From Longimicrobiales bacterium (GTDB taxonomy: Bacteria; Gemmatimonadota; Gemmatimonadetes; Longimicrobiales; Gaopeijiaceae), in the NCBI GenBank assembly GCA_965226375.1, contig CBDDCX010000006.1, positions 320,001 to 384,000 on the forward strand: 64,000 nt of DNA, in the 5' to 3' direction. The translations under genes were made by a program, and so were the position numbers. The notes under the pieces were generated by a model, which had not been told where the DNA came from, did not search any database, and saw only the letters and a list, made by a program, of their open reading frames with translations. Below are positions 41,072 to 52,040 of the stretch, one piece after another; positions within the stretch are counted from its first letter, which is position 1; each line of letters begins with the position of its first letter.

Positions 41072-43243
41072 ATGAGTTCGAGCCAACCAATCGGGTCGAA
41101 TCCGTCTCTCGCGGTCGGCGAGGATGGGGTCGGGTGGATCACCTTCGACGATACCGACAGGAAGGTGAACGTCCTCACCGAGGCGGTCATGACACGCCTT
41201 GCCGATCTCGTGAGCGAGGCCGATGATCTCGCGACACAGGGGCGTCTCCGTGCCCTGCTCTTCCGAAGCGGAAAGAGCGGCTTCATTGCGGGCGCCGACG
41301 TCGCCGCGATCGGGGCGGTGGAAGATCCGGCTGAGGGCGCGGACGCATCTCGAATGGGGCAGGCCGTCTTCAGAAGGATCGAAGACCTGACCGTCCCGAC
41401 GATCGCGGCCATTCAAGGCGTCTGTCTGGGAGGTGGGACCGAGCTGTCGCTGGCTTGCAGCCATCGGGTAGCGTCGGATTCACCGAAGACCGTCATGGGG
41501 CTGCCCGAAGTGATGCTCGGTATTCTGCCCGCCTGGGGCGGCACTACGCGGCTACCCCGCCTGGTGGGCCTTCAAGCCGCCCTGGACATGATACTCACCG
41601 GCCGGCAGATCTCGGCGTCGAAGGCAAAGCGTATCGGTCTGGTGGACGCCATCCTTCCGGCGGACCTGTTCGACGAGACGGCGGCCGCCTTCGCCGTAGC
41701 TCAGGCCGACGGTCGATCGGAGGGCCGAGCTCGCCGGCCGCTGTTCAAGCGTCTGTTGGACGACACGGTACCCGGGCGCAGACTGGTCCTCACCATGGCC
41801 AAGAAGCGCGTGCTGGCCCAGACCGGCGGCCACTATCCGGCTCCCCTCAAGATTCTCGATGTCCTACGCCGCAGTCTTGGCCGTCCGATCTCGAGGGCCC
41901 TGGAGATCGAAGCCGAGGCGGCCGGAGAGCTCATCGTCTCCTCTGTGAGCAAAAACCTGATCCACGTCTTCAATCTCCGGGAAGACGCTCGCAAGGGCAC
42001 GGGTGTCCGGAACGCAGCCGTCGTACCCGGGCGCGTCGACTACCTCGGGGTCCTGGGGGCGGGCGTCATGGGTGGTGGCATCGCACAGTTGGCGGCCCAC
42101 CGTGGCATTCATGTTCGCATGAAGGACATCAATCACGAGGCCATCTCCAGCGGCCTACAGCACGCCCGAAGCCTCTTCGACAAGCTGGTGAAACGTAAGA
42201 AGCTACGCCGCCGGGAGGCCGATCAGAGCATGTCCCTCGTATCAGGCGGGCTTGATTACGAGGGGTTCGGACGGCTCGATCTGGTGGTCGAGGCGGTGGT
42301 CGAGAAGATGGACATCAAGCGCATTGTCCTGCGCGAGACGGAAGAATCGGTCCGTAGGGAGTGCATCCTCGCGACCAACACGTCTTCGTTGTCCGTGGAC
42401 GAGATGAGCAAGGCACTCTCCCGTCCCGAGAGCTTTGCCGGCATGCACTTCTTCAACCCCGTCCACCGCATGCCTCTCGTCGAGGTGGTGCGAGGGACCC
42501 AGACGAGCGACGAGGCGGTGGCGACCGTGTACGCGCTCGCGCTGGCGTTGGGCAAGGTACCGGTGGTGACCGGCGACGGACCCGGCTTCCTGGTGAACCG
42601 CATCCTGGGGCCTTACATGAACGAGGCGGGCTTCCTTTTGGCGGACGGAGCCAGCGTCGAGTCCGTAGACGGTGCGGCGAAGGACTTCGGCATGCCCATG
42701 GGACCCCTGCGGCTCGTGGACGAAGTGGGGATCGATATCAGTAGGCATGCCGGTCAGTCCCTGTATGAGGCTCTAGGCGATCGCCTCACTCCCTCTGCAC
42801 CTCTGGTCGCCCTGGCCGACAGCGGGCGGCTGGGCAAGAAGGGTGGGCTCGGGTTCTACAGGTACGAAGGCGGCAAGGAGACGGGGGTCGATCCGGACAT
42901 CTATGCCGCGCTGGCGCCAAGTGTACCGGTTGAACGCGTCGCCATGGAGACCCGAGAGATTCGGAGTCGCCTGGTATTGGCTATGCTCAACGAGGCCGCC
43001 CGAGCGCTCGAGGCCGGCATCGTAACAAGGGCCAGCGACGTGGACCTCGCGATGATCATGGGCACCGGCTTTCCGCCTTTTCGCGGTGGCCTCCTTCGGT
43101 TCGCGGACACCATCCACGCCCGTACCGTCCTGGCCCGGCTGCAGGATCTCGAGGAGCGGCACGGGGCCCGATTCGCACCCGCGGAACTGATCCGGCGCAT
43201 GGCGCGTGAAGACCGCGGCTTCTACGAGTCCTTTGCAGGCTGA
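41072..43243 (+). CDS. fadJ: Fatty acid oxidation complex alpha subunit (enoyl-CoA hydratase/3-hydroxyacyl-CoA dehydrogenase, FadJ-like)
   Basis: FIAGAD, LGGGTE, PEVMLG, GAGVMGGGIA, TNTSSL, HFFNPV, GFPPFRGG. Confidence 0.88.
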   Translation: MSSSQPIGSNPSLAVGEDGVGWITFDDTDRKVNVLTEAVMTRLADLVSEADDLATQGRLRALLFRSGKSGFIAGADVAAIGAVEDPAEGADASRMGQAVFRRIEDLTVPTIAAIQGVCLGGGTELSLACSHRVASDSPKTVMGLPEVMLGILPAWGGTTRLPRLVGLQAALDMILTGRQISASKAKRIGLVDAILPADLFDETAAAFAVAQADGRSEGRARRPLFKRLLDDTVPGRRLVLTMAKKRVLAQTGGHYPAPLKILDVLRRSLGRPISRALEIEAEAAGELIVSSVSKNLIHVFNLREDARKGTGVRNAAVVPGRVDYLGVLGAGVMGGGIAQLAAHRGIHVRMKDINHEAISSGLQHARSLFDKLVKRKKLRRREADQSMSLVSGGLDYEGFGRLDLVVEAVVEKMDIKRIVLRETEESVRRECILATNTSSLSVDEMSKALSRPESFAGMHFFNPVHRMPLVEVVRGTQTSDEAVATVYALALALGKVPVVTGDGPGFLVNRILGPYMNEAGFLLADGASVESVDGAAKDFGMPMGPLRLVDEVGIDISRHAGQSLYEALGDRLTPSAPLVALADSGRLGKKGGLGFYRYEGGKETGVDPDIYAALAPSVPVERVAMETREIRSRLVLAMLNEAARALEAGIVTRASDVDLAMIMGTGFPPFRGGLLRFADTIHARTVLARLQDLEERHGARFAPAELIRRMAREDRGFYESFAG

Positions 43244-43850
43244 CATCTGGGGCGTCGTCCCATGCTCCGGAGTCTCGAGCCGGATGGGAACGCCCAAGGC
43301 CATGCTGGACGCCGGCGGACGCACCTTTCTCGAGCGTGTGATTCAGGCCCTTCGTGACGGGGGGTGCGCCCGGGTCCTGGTAGCGCTCCCGACGCCGAAG
43401 GGTCCGGTCGCCGCGAATGCCGGAGAGGCCGGAGCCCTGGTGGTCACGAACCCCTCGCCGGAAGACGGCCCCATCGGATCTTTGCGCGCGGCCCTGCACA
43501 CCCTGGACCCTGCCGTCGAGGGCGTCGCCTACTGTCCCGTGGATTATCCCCTGCTCCAGGCCGACACCGTGCGCTCACTCCTCACGGAGTTCCGTTCGTC
43601 TCAGACACCACTCGCGCTCCCTACTTTTCGGGACAAAAGGGGGCATCCGGTGGTGTTCCGGCGGACCATCTTCCAGGCGTTGCTCGACGACGACTTGCCG
43701 CGAGGGGCCAAGACGGTGGTCTATCGACACCTGGACGTCGCGACCCTGGTACCGGTCGAAGACGAAGGCTCGGTCATCGACATCGACGATCTCACCGACT
43801 ACCGTCGGCACTTCCCCGATGCCTACCGCAAACGCTTTCATTCGCGATGA
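43233..43850 (+). CDS. MocA/MobA-like nucleotidyltransferase
   Basis: GVSSRMGTPKAML, PVDYP, GHPVVF, DIDD; start uncertain. Confidence 0.8.
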   Translation: MQADIWGVVPCSGVSSRMGTPKAMLDAGGRTFLERVIQALRDGGCARVLVALPTPKGPVAANAGEAGALVVTNPSPEDGPIGSLRAALHTLDPAVEGVAYCPVDYPLLQADTVRSLLTEFRSSQTPLALPTFRDKRGHPVVFRRTIFQALLDDDLPRGAKTVVYRHLDVATLVPVEDEGSVIDIDDLTDYRRHFPDAYRKRFHSR

Positions 43851-44686
43851 CACCTCTCGAACACAGCCTCCTCCCGGCCTTCACGGCCGCTCAAGAGATC
43901 CTCGACGCCCAGGAGGCCCGTGAGCCCGCTGCCGTCATCGTGTCCGTGGATGGCCCCTCAGACCTGGTCGGCGGGCGCGTCGTGGTCCGGCGTGCCGCAG
44001 ACGGAACGCTCCGACGCATCGGGTCCTTCGGCGATGCTGCCCTGGACCAGGCGGCGGTCGGCCTGGCAGAAACCGCCCTGGGGGACTCCGCCTCGAGGGT
44101 CGACGGCGTCCACGAGTTGACCTCCACCGGCGGCGAGCCGATCACCGTCTACCTGGAGGGCCATCATCCCCACCCCGACCTGGTGATCGTCGGTGCCGGT
44201 CACATCGCGCGACCGCTCTGTGCCATGGGTGCTCTGATCGGCTTTCGGGTCATCGTTGTCGACGACCGCCCCGAATTCGCCACCCAAGAGAGGTTCCCGG
44301 AGGCGGACCGGGTGGTGCGTGTGGACTTCGCGGACCCCTTCGCCGGCATCCCGATCCACGCGGCGAGCCATGTCGTGCTGGTGACGCGTGGACACAAGTA
44401 CGATTACGAGTGCCTGCGCCACCTCCTCCGGATGGACGTGGAGCCCCCGTACGTCGGGATGATCGGGAGCCGGAGGCGCGTCCGGGCGGCGTTCGCGCAG
44501 CTCGTCAACGAGGGCCTTCCCAGGGATCGCCTCGCGAAGGTACGAGCCCCACTGGGGCTCGACATAGGGGCAGAGACCCCGGCCGAGATCGCCGTGAGCG
44601 TAGCGGCGGAGATCATTCTACTCTGGAGGGGCGGACTCGGATCTCCGCTCGCGGATAAGGAGCGCGTCCTTGACCGATTCTTCTAA
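43847..44686 (+). CDS. XdhC family protein (C-terminal Rossmann domain)
   Basis: GAGHIA, DDRPEFA, TRGH, YVGMIGSRRR, PLGLDIGAETPAEIA. Confidence 0.9.
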   Translation: MTPLEHSLLPAFTAAQEILDAQEAREPAAVIVSVDGPSDLVGGRVVVRRAADGTLRRIGSFGDAALDQAAVGLAETALGDSASRVDGVHELTSTGGEPITVYLEGHHPHPDLVIVGAGHIARPLCAMGALIGFRVIVVDDRPEFATQERFPEADRVVRVDFADPFAGIPIHAASHVVLVTRGHKYDYECLRHLLRMDVEPPYVGMIGSRRRVRAAFAQLVNEGLPRDRLAKVRAPLGLDIGAETPAEIAVSVAAEIILLWRGGLGSPLADKERVLDRFF

Positions 44687-44704
44687 CCCTCCGACTGTCT
44701 GGTC

Positions 44705-45034
44705 ATGAATCGACAAGAGGACTACAACCTTTTCCGGGCCATGACCGACAAGGTGCGCGAGGGCCGCCCCTGCGCCCTCGCGACCATCGTAGCCACCAAG
44801 GGTTCGGCGCCCCGAAAGGTCGGGGCAAAGATGCTAGTCGACCCCGAACGAGATCTGGTGGGGACCGTCGGGGGAGGATGCGGCGAGGGAGAGGTCATCG
44901 AGGCCGCTCTCGAGGTCATCCGCACCGGCGTGCCTCGCATGGTCCGTGTCGATCTGACCGAGGACCTGTTATCCCTGAGCCCCGCGGTATGCGGAGGCAT
45001 CATGGAAATTTTCGTCGAGGCCGTCGGCGTTTGA
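44705..45034 (+). CDS. XdhC/CoxI N-terminal domain protein
   Basis: LATIVxTKGSAPR..GAKMLV, GTVGGGCGE, CGG. Confidence 0.88.
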   Translation: MNRQEDYNLFRAMTDKVREGRPCALATIVATKGSAPRKVGAKMLVDPERDLVGTVGGGCGEGEVIEAALEVIRTGVPRMVRVDLTEDLLSLSPAVCGGIMEIFVEAVGV

Positions 45035-45038
45035 CCAC

Positions 45039-45569
45039 GTGAACGAGCCGCCACTGGTCCACATCTACTACCTAAGGCCCCCCGACAGAGAGCAGATCTT
45101 TACACAGCACCTGATTTGGGAAGACGCACAGGTGAAGATCACGTTTTCCACAGATCTGACCTTCGACCCGCCCCTCCGAATCGATGACGAGATCGTGCTG
45201 GAGACCGGCTCCCAGGTGATCTGGTTCACCTTTCCCGACGCCTGGCATGATGTAGGGCTGTGCCACAGGGCCGATGGGACCTTCACGGGTACGTACGCCA
45301 ACATTCTGACACCCTGCTCGTTCGAGGAGGACCGCACGTGGCGTACGACGGACTTGTTCCTGGACGTCTGGAGGGACCCGGCGGGCCGTGTTCAGATCCT
45401 AGACGAAGACGAACTCGAAGAGGCGGAGGAGCAGGGATGGGTGACCGAGGAGGTCGCCTCGCGAGCGAGAGCCGAAGCCCGGGCTCTAAAGCAACAGGCG
45501 GAAGCCGGGGTCTGGCCTCCGCCTGTCGTCAACGAGTGGTCCCTCGCCCGGGCCCGGGAGCGGTTCTAG
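45039..45569 (+). CDS. DUF402 domain protein
   Basis: YANILTP, TDLFLDVW, ILDEDEL. Confidence 0.8.
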   Translation: MNEPPLVHIYYLRPPDREQIFTQHLIWEDAQVKITFSTDLTFDPPLRIDDEIVLETGSQVIWFTFPDAWHDVGLCHRADGTFTGTYANILTPCSFEEDRTWRTTDLFLDVWRDPAGRVQILDEDELEEAEEQGWVTEEVASRARAEARALKQQAEAGVWPPPVVNEWSLARARERF

Positions 45570-45760
45570 TCCACCAGATGCGCCGAGCATAGGCGCGTCA
45601 TGTCCACATACACCTGCTTGAGGACCTCGGGCTCCTCCTGAAGACAGTCGATCAGGCGCTCATGACGCCCGAGTGTAGCCGTCGGAATCTCGATCTCCTC
45701 GTGATGGTAGGAGCCATCATCCACGAAGAGAAGGCGTACCTTGGCGACTTGGGCGCTCAA
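45566..45760 (-). CDS. Small hypothetical protein
   Basis: TTG start coupled to the upstream stop; VRLLFVDDGSYHHE...LIDCLQEEP. Confidence 0.55.
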   Translation of the reverse strand: MSAQVAKVRLLFVDDGSYHHEEIEIPTATLGRHERLIDCLQEEPEVLKQVYVDMTRLCSAHLVD

Positions 45761-46497
45761 TTCCCCTCGTCTTCGCTCATCAGCGCTTCGACAACCTCCT
45801 GAACGCCGGCAAACTCGCCCCAGCGGGTGATCCGAGTGGCCCTGCCACCACCCTTGCTGGCAAAGATCGTCGGTGTGCCGGTGACGCCCAGCTCCATTCC
45901 GAGCCTCATATTGGCGCTGACCACGTCCGCGTGACGGTCGCTGTTGAGGCACGCGGCGAAGTCGCCTTCGTTCAACCCGATGGTGGCGGCGTAATCCTCG
46001 TATGCGCTTAACGGAGGGGACTGGCTCAGGGACCAGGTGGACTGGTGCGCGAAGAGTTGGTCATGGAACGGCCAGTAGAACTGGTCGCCCTGGTCCAGTG
46101 CACAACGGGAGGCTCTCGCCGCCAGGAAGGCATGCGGGTGTCCACCCAACGGGAAGTCGTGGAAGACGAAGCGGACCATGCCGGTCTCAACATAGGCCAG
46201 ATCCACCTCGGGCTTTACGAGAGTGGCGAACTGTTGGCACGCAGGACACTGATAATCCGCGAACTCCATCATGGTGATGGGCGCGTTGGGATCACCTCGC
46301 TCGATCCCGGTGGCCATATCCACCAGGGCCTGCACGTCGGTGAGCTCACCGGCCACGATCTCCATGATCGGCTCGGTCGCTGCCGAGCTAAGCGTATTCT
46401 GCAGGAACGTCCACCCGATGGCGCCGGCGGCGATGACCCCGACGGCGCCGAGAACCAGGTAGAATCCCTTCAAGTCTCCACTCTTCTTTTCAGACAC
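45757..46497 (-). CDS. DsbA-family thioredoxin-fold protein
   Basis: N-terminal TM; EFADYQCPAC, DFPL, GVTGTPT. Confidence 0.9.
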   Translation of the reverse strand: MSEKKSGDLKGFYLVLGAVGVIAAGAIGWTFLQNTLSSAATEPIMEIVAGELTDVQALVDMATGIERGDPNAPITMMEFADYQCPACQQFATLVKPEVDLAYVETGMVRFVFHDFPLGGHPHAFLAARASRCALDQGDQFYWPFHDQLFAHQSTWSLSQSPPLSAYEDYAATIGLNEGDFAACLNSDRHADVVSANMRLGMELGVTGTPTIFASKGGGRATRITRWGEFAGVQEVVEALMSEDEGN

Positions 46498-46625
46498 GTG
46501 CTGACTCCACGTCTTGGTGTATACGGCCCTACTCGCTACGCGGGCCCGAACAAGATGTTCCTCCTCTGGGCCCTCGGCAATCGCGGGGCGGGTCACCCCG
46601 CCGCGAGATGAATCCTCTCCAGCCC

Positions 46626-47309
46626 TCAGGCCAGAAGGATCTCCACCACCGCAGCAACCTCGGAGAAATCGCTCAGAACCACGTCCGCTCCCATCCCCTC
46701 GAGCTCCTCCACGTCGAAGTGCCCCGTGGCAACGGCTATCGTTCTGGTCCCGTGATGCTTACCACACTGTACGTCGCGGGGGGTGTCGCCGACCACGAAT
46801 ACACGGTCGCGGGGAAAATCCACGCCCCACGTGTCCAGCGCTCTGCTCAGCGCGACGCCGGGCAGGTGTTGTCTCTCTTCGTGATCCGACCCGTAGCCAC
46901 CGACGTGGAACCGCTGGTCCAGCCCGACGGAGCCGAGCTTGAGCCGAGCGCCTCGTACGATGTTGCCCGTCACCAGCCCGAGGGCCACCCCCGCTTCGGC
47001 CTCCAGGGCCTCGACGAGCTGTCCGACGCCCGGCAGCAGGCGCATGGGATTGGTCGCGATGCGACTCTCCAACTCCTCCACGTATCCGTCCCAAAGCGCC
47101 GGGAAACGAGCGTCGATGTCGGCGTCGACGAAGCCGCTGTTGGCCAGCAGTTCCCGGGCAATCTGTGGATCGGTCTTCCCGGCAAAGCTGTATTTCTCGA
47201 TGGTGCCGGCGGTCCCGAAAGTCGCCTCCATTGCAACACAGAACGCCTCTTTGGCGGGACCTCCTTCAGCCAGAGTCCCGTCGATGTCGAAGAGGATCAG
47301 ACGCTGCAC
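46626..47309 (-). CDS. HAD-superfamily hydrolase
   Basis: FDIDGTL, VTGN, VGDTPRDV. Confidence 0.9.
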   Translation of the reverse strand: MQRLILFDIDGTLAEGGPAKEAFCVAMEATFGTAGTIEKYSFAGKTDPQIARELLANSGFVDADIDARFPALWDGYVEELESRIATNPMRLLPGVGQLVEALEAEAGVALGLVTGNIVRGARLKLGSVGLDQRFHVGGYGSDHEERQHLPGVALSRALDTWGVDFPRDRVFVVGDTPRDVQCGKHHGTRTIAVATGHFDVEELEGMGADVVLSDFSEVAAVVEILLA

Positions 47310-47326
47310 GGTGAGATGCCCGCTTT

Positions 47327-48283
47327 CTACAGCGTGGCGAGAATCGACGGATCGATGTTGCCACCGCTTATTACGGCCACCGTCTTGCGACCTTCGGTTT
47401 CCACTACACCGCTCCGCAGTGCCGCAACACTCGCGGCACCCGAAAACTCGATCACCAACCTCTGTCGGCTGAAGAGCAACGCGGCCGCATCGCGGATCGC
47501 TTGGTCACTCACCAGGACCACGTCGTCCACGAACTTGCGCACGTGCTGGAAGGTGAGGTCACCTGTCCGCACTGGAAGCAAGCCGTCCGCAACGGACTCA
47601 GCGCTCTCGATGGTCACGGGCTGCCCAGCGTCCAACGCGGCCCGCATGGACGCTGCGTTCAGAGGCTCCACACCGAGGATCGTGACGTCGGGTCGGAGGC
47701 GCCGGAGCGCCGCCGCAGAGCCGCTGCACAAGCCACCGCCGCCGATCGGAATCAGAACGGTGTCGAAGGCGTCCCAGTCCTCAGCGATCTCGATGCCGAC
47801 CGTTCCGGCACCGGCGATGATCCAAGGATGGTCGAAGGGCGGCACGATGACGAGCCCGTCCGCGTCGGCGATCGCCTCGGCCCGCACCTTGCGATGAAGC
47901 GAGGTGGTCCCCTCCAGCACCACTTCGGCTCCCAACCGTTCGGCACCCTTCCGCTTCACCTCCGGAACCGTGACCGGCATTACCACCACGGCACGGATGC
48001 CATGGAGCTGCGCGGCCAACGCGACGGCCTGGGCATGGTTGCCCGACGAGTAGGTGATGATACCCCTCGCACGCTCTTCTGCAGGAATCTGAGCGACAAA
48101 GTTGTACGCTCCACGGGCCTTGAACGAGCCGGTCCGCTGCAGCGACTCGAGCTTCAAGCGCACCTCACCTCTGACCTCCTCGGCCAGGGCTTCGGCAGGA
48201 TGGAGCGGTGTGCGAACCACGACGGAACGGACCCGCTCATGGGCTTGCTGTATGGCGTCGAGGCCGACGAGGGCCTCACTCAC
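47327..48283 (-). CDS. Threonine/serine dehydratase (PLP, no regulatory domain)
   Basis: [31 protein letters not shown]. Confidence 0.92.
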   Translation of the reverse strand: MSEALVGLDAIQQAHERVRSVVVRTPLHPAEALAEEVRGEVRLKLESLQRTGSFKARGAYNFVAQIPAEERARGIITYSSGNHAQAVALAAQLHGIRAVVVMPVTVPEVKRKGAERLGAEVVLEGTTSLHRKVRAEAIADADGLVIVPPFDHPWIIAGAGTVGIEIAEDWDAFDTVLIPIGGGGLCSGSAAALRRLRPDVTILGVEPLNAASMRAALDAGQPVTIESAESVADGLLPVRTGDLTFQHVRKFVDDVVLVSDQAIRDAAALLFSRQRLVIEFSGAASVAALRSGVVETEGRKTVAVISGGNIDPSILATL

Positions 48284-50930
48284 CTCCGGAATCCGGCGCG
48301 CCTTCCCCTTCCTCGGTCTCGTCCACCGCTTCGGCACCCTGGTCATTGTCCGGGACCTCCGGGGAGTCACTCATGCCCTCAGCAACCACGTGGATCTCCG
48401 TGCCCTCGTCGACCACGCGAATCTCAGTACCATCGGCCTCGGCCGTACCGTCACCGTCGTCATCGCCGTTGCCGTTGCCGTTGCCGTTGTCCGGGATGAC
48501 GCGAGCCACGTCCATCACGACGTCACCATCATCCAGGTTCACGAGACGAACACCCTGTGTAGCCCGCCCAATCACCCGAATCTCGTCGATGCGCTGGCGG
48601 TTGATGACCCCGTTCCGCGTGATGACCATGAGCTCATCGTGAGGCACGACGGCCTTGATGGCCACGACCTCTCCGGTCTTCTCGGTGGTCTTGAGGTTGA
48701 TCACGCCCTTTCCACCCCGGGTCTGCAGCCGGTATGCGCCGATCTCGGTGCGCTTGCCCATGCCACCTTCGGAAACCACGAGCAGCGTAGTGTCCTCCCG
48801 GCGTACCACGACCATACCCACCACGTGGTCGCCCTCACCGAGTCGGATACCGCGAACCCCCTCGGACACTCGGCCCAAGCTCCGCGCATCCTGCTCGTTG
48901 AACCGGATCGCCTTGCCCTTTCGTGTTGCGAGAATCACCTCGTTGTCACCGTCGGTGATCTGCACGTCGATGAGCTCGTCGCCCTCTCGGATCTTGATGC
49001 CGATCAGGCCCACCGAGCGCACGTTCCCGTACGCCGACAGAGGCGTCTTCTTGACCTTGCCCTCCTTGGTGCAGAACAGGAGGAACTGGTCGTCCGCAAA
49101 CTCCCGAACCGGCACGATCGATGCGATTTCGTCGGTAGGATCGATGTTCAGGAGGTTGACGATGGGCTTGCCCTTGGAATGGCGTCCCGCCGGCGGGACC
49201 TGCCATACCTTGAGCCAGTGACACTGACCCGAACGGGTGAAGATCATGAGGTACTCATGGGCGGAAGCGACGAAGAGGTGCTCCACCCAGTCCTCGTCCT
49301 TCGTGCCCATACCCTGTAGTCCCCTGCCCCCACGTCGCTGAGCGCGGTAGGTGTCGATCTCCGCCCGCTTCACGTATCCCTGACGTGAGACCGTGATGAC
49401 CATCTCGTCATCGGCGATCAGGTCCTCGACATCCAGGGACGACGCGTCGCCGACGATCTCGCTGCGACGCTCGTCGCCGTACTTCTTGCTTATGGCGGTC
49501 AGCTCTTCCGAGATGATCTCCATGCGGCGTTCCTTGCTGCCGAGAATCGCCTGTAGCTCATCGATGGTGGTACGAATCTCCGCGAGCTCGGCCTCGAGCT
49601 TCTCCATCTCCAGGCCAGTCAGCCTGGCGAGCCTCATGTCGAGGATGGCCTTGGCTTGTCGCTCCGAGAGCTCGAAGGACTCCTGCAGGCTCAGGGAGGC
49701 CGTCTCCGCGTCGCGGGACCCTCGGATGATCTTGATGACCTCGTCGATGTTGTCGACGGCGATCTTGAGACCCTCCAGGATGTGCTCGCGCTCCTGCGCC
49801 TTGGCGAGATCGAAGGCCGTCCGCTTCACCACCACGGTGTGACGGTGTTCGATGAAGTGGAGAAGCATGTCCCGAAGTGGCAGTACGCGTGGGACGCCGT
49901 TTACGAGAGCGAGCAGGATGGTCCCGAACGTGGACTGCATCTGCGTGTGCTTGTAGAGCTTGTTGAGGACGATCTGCGGAATGGCGTCCCGCTTCAGCTC
50001 GATGACGATCCGGAGTCCGTCCCGATCGGACTCGTCTCGCATGTCGCGGATGTCGGTGATCTTCTTGTCGCGGACCAACTGAGCGATCTGCTCGATGAGC
50101 CGCGACTTGTTCACCATGAACGGGATCTCGGTGACCACGATCCGCTCTGAGTTGGCATCCATCTCTTCGATGGTCGCCCGGGCACGCATCACCACCCGAC
50201 CCCGACCGGTCCGATAGGCGTCTTCGATTCCCTGTCGACCGCAGATGAACGCGCCGGTGGGGAAATCCGGCCCGGTCACCAGTCGTTCGAGCTCCTCCTG
50301 GGGGAGCTTCGGGTCGACGATGAGCGCCTTCGTGGCCGCGACGATCTCACTCAGGTTGTGCGGCGGGATGTTCGTCGCCATCCCCACCGCGATTCCCGAA
50401 CTGCCATTGATGAGCAGGTTGGGGACCTTGGCCGGAAGGACCGTGGGCTCTTCGAGTCGCCCGTCGAAGTTGGGCGTGAAGGCGACGGTCTCCTTGTCGA
50501 TGTCCTCGAGCAGCTCCGTGGCCAGAGCCATCAGACGTGCCTCGGTATACCGGTAGGCCGCGGCCGAGTCTCCGTCGATGGATCCGAAGTTGCCCTGGCC
50601 GTCCACGAGGGGATAGCGCAGCGAGAAGTCCTGGACCATGCGGACCATGGAATCGTACACGGCCGAATCGCCGTGCGGATGGTATTTGCCCAGAACCTCT
50701 CCAACCACCGTAGCGGACTTCTTGTAGCCCCGCCCCGGATTGAGCCCCAACCCGCTCATGGCGAATAGGATGCGTCGGTGTACGGGCTTCAGTCCGTCCC
50801 TTACATCGGGAAGAGCGCGCTGCACGATGACGCTCATCGAGTAATCGATGAACGACTCTCGCATCTCGTCTTCGAGGAGCCGCTCTAGAACCTTCTCTCC
50901 GCCCAGAGGAGGGAGTTCGTCGTTGGCCAT
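48276..50930 (-). CDS. gyrA: DNA gyrase subunit A
   Basis: [27 protein letters not shown], GyrA box QRRGGRG, acidic tail. Confidence 0.97.
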   Translation of the reverse strand: MANDELPPLGGEKVLERLLEDEMRESFIDYSMSVIVQRALPDVRDGLKPVHRRILFAMSGLGLNPGRGYKKSATVVGEVLGKYHPHGDSAVYDSMVRMVQDFSLRYPLVDGQGNFGSIDGDSAAAYRYTEARLMALATELLEDIDKETVAFTPNFDGRLEEPTVLPAKVPNLLINGSSGIAVGMATNIPPHNLSEIVAATKALIVDPKLPQEELERLVTGPDFPTGAFICGRQGIEDAYRTGRGRVVMRARATIEEMDANSERIVVTEIPFMVNKSRLIEQIAQLVRDKKITDIRDMRDESDRDGLRIVIELKRDAIPQIVLNKLYKHTQMQSTFGTILLALVNGVPRVLPLRDMLLHFIEHRHTVVVKRTAFDLAKAQEREHILEGLKIAVDNIDEVIKIIRGSRDAETASLSLQESFELSERQAKAILDMRLARLTGLEMEKLEAELAEIRTTIDELQAILGSKERRMEIISEELTAISKKYGDERRSEIVGDASSLDVEDLIADDEMVITVSRQGYVKRAEIDTYRAQRRGGRGLQGMGTKDEDWVEHLFVASAHEYLMIFTRSGQCHWLKVWQVPPAGRHSKGKPIVNLLNIDPTDEIASIVPVREFADDQFLLFCTKEGKVKKTPLSAYGNVRSVGLIGIKIREGDELIDVQITDGDNEVILATRKGKAIRFNEQDARSLGRVSEGVRGIRLGEGDHVVGMVVVRREDTTLLVVSEGGMGKRTEIGAYRLQTRGGKGVINLKTTEKTGEVVAIKAVVPHDELMVITRNGVINRQRIDEIRVIGRATQGVRLVNLDDGDVVMDVARVIPDNGNGNGNGDDDGDGTAEADGTEIRVVDEGTEIHVVAEGMSDSPEVPDNDQGAEAVDETEEGEGAPDSGGE

Positions 50931-50978
50931 TCAGTTTGCCTTCATTTGCAAATTAGTCGACGCAGCCCGATCACGTCG

Positions 50979-51365
50979 TCAGTGCAGGTAGCTGAGGCCC
51001 TTCCAGCCACAATCTCCGCAATGCCTGGCGGAGAGCGCCTGACCCATCACCCAACCCAGGATCCTGTGCCGCGCCGTACGCCGCACTCTCTTGGTTCGCG
51101 CCCCACACTCGGGGCACCTGACGTGATCCTGTATCGCTCCCTGTCGATAACGAACGGCGAGCGTCACACCGGCCACCAACACCGCCAACACCATCAGTCC
51201 GATCCCGGCCAGGGAAGTCCACTGCACACCATCTTCTCCCACCGATCCAAACGGATCGGCGAAGGTCTCCCGGAGTCGGGTAATGGTGAGGCTGGGTGTC
51301 CCGGTAGCGAGCTCCAGGCCGAGCAAGAAAAGGCCTAGAGAGATGACCTCGAGAGTGCGTCTCAA
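50979..51365 (-). CDS. Small membrane protein with C-terminal zinc ribbon
   Basis: Two hydrophobic segments; CPECG...CGDCGW; TTG start with GGAG. Confidence 0.6.
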   Translation of the reverse strand: MRRTLEVISLGLFLLGLELATGTPSLTITRLRETFADPFGSVGEDGVQWTSLAGIGLMVLAVLVAGVTLAVRYRQGAIQDHVRCPECGARTKRVRRTARHRILGWVMGQALSARHCGDCGWKGLSYLH

Positions 51366-51417
51366 AGAGGCTCCGCAACGGGACAGGTCGATGTGGCCTA
51401 AGTCGTTGAAAACTAAC

Positions 51418-51482
51418 GAAAAAGAGGCCCTCCAACAACCCAGAAAACCGGCCTGCGGAAGGGCCCGGAAGGCCTCTCTTTC
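51418..51482. terminator. Intergenic hairpin
   Basis: GAAAAGAGGCC ... GGCCTCTCTTTC; gives a T-run on the minus strand after the TPR fragment. Confidence 0.4.
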
Positions 51483-51490
51483 GGGGTCCT

Positions 51491-52040
51491 CTAGGCGCCG
51501 GGGCGCCGGCCCGTTCGAGCGCTCGGTCCGCGCAGGCGATTCATGAGCGAAACGAAGCGCGGATCGGAGCGCAGAGGATCCCACACCGCGTCGCTTCGAA
51601 CGGACATCAGCCGCCGGTCCCGACTCCGAACGGCGTCCTGGAGCCGGGCGAGAGCCTCGTCCCGGGCGCCCGTTCCCGCATACGCCGCCGCCATGTAGAC
51701 CGGTGACACCGCCTGCCCCTCGGCCTCACGCCCGCGAAGCTCTTCGAGCCGCCACTCCCAATACCCGAAGGCGCCGTCCTCTCCCATGCGCTCCTCGAGC
51801 CGGGCCACCGCCTCCTCGTCTCCATCTGCGTGGTCCACCCACACATGTCGCATGTCCAGGAGATCGTCGTACTCACCCTGCGAGGCGTAGATGAGCTCCA
51901 GAGCTTCCCATGCCTCCTGGTGGTCGGGATCGATCTCGCACACTCTCTCCAGAAGCGCCTTGGCCTCCTCCACCCGTCCCGCGGTCTTGAGCTGCAGTGC
52001 CGCATGGATCATGCGGGCTGGCCGGTCCACCGCTACCCCT
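51491..52040 (-). pseudogene. TPR protein, C-terminal fragment
   Basis: TPR-like helices; terminal WDPLRSDPRF motif typical of TolB-like/TPR proteins. Confidence 0.75.

Noticed and set aside
48276..48490. GyrA tail repeats (NGNGNG, duplicated GTEI)
   Set aside because: Ordinary low-complexity acidic GyrA tail
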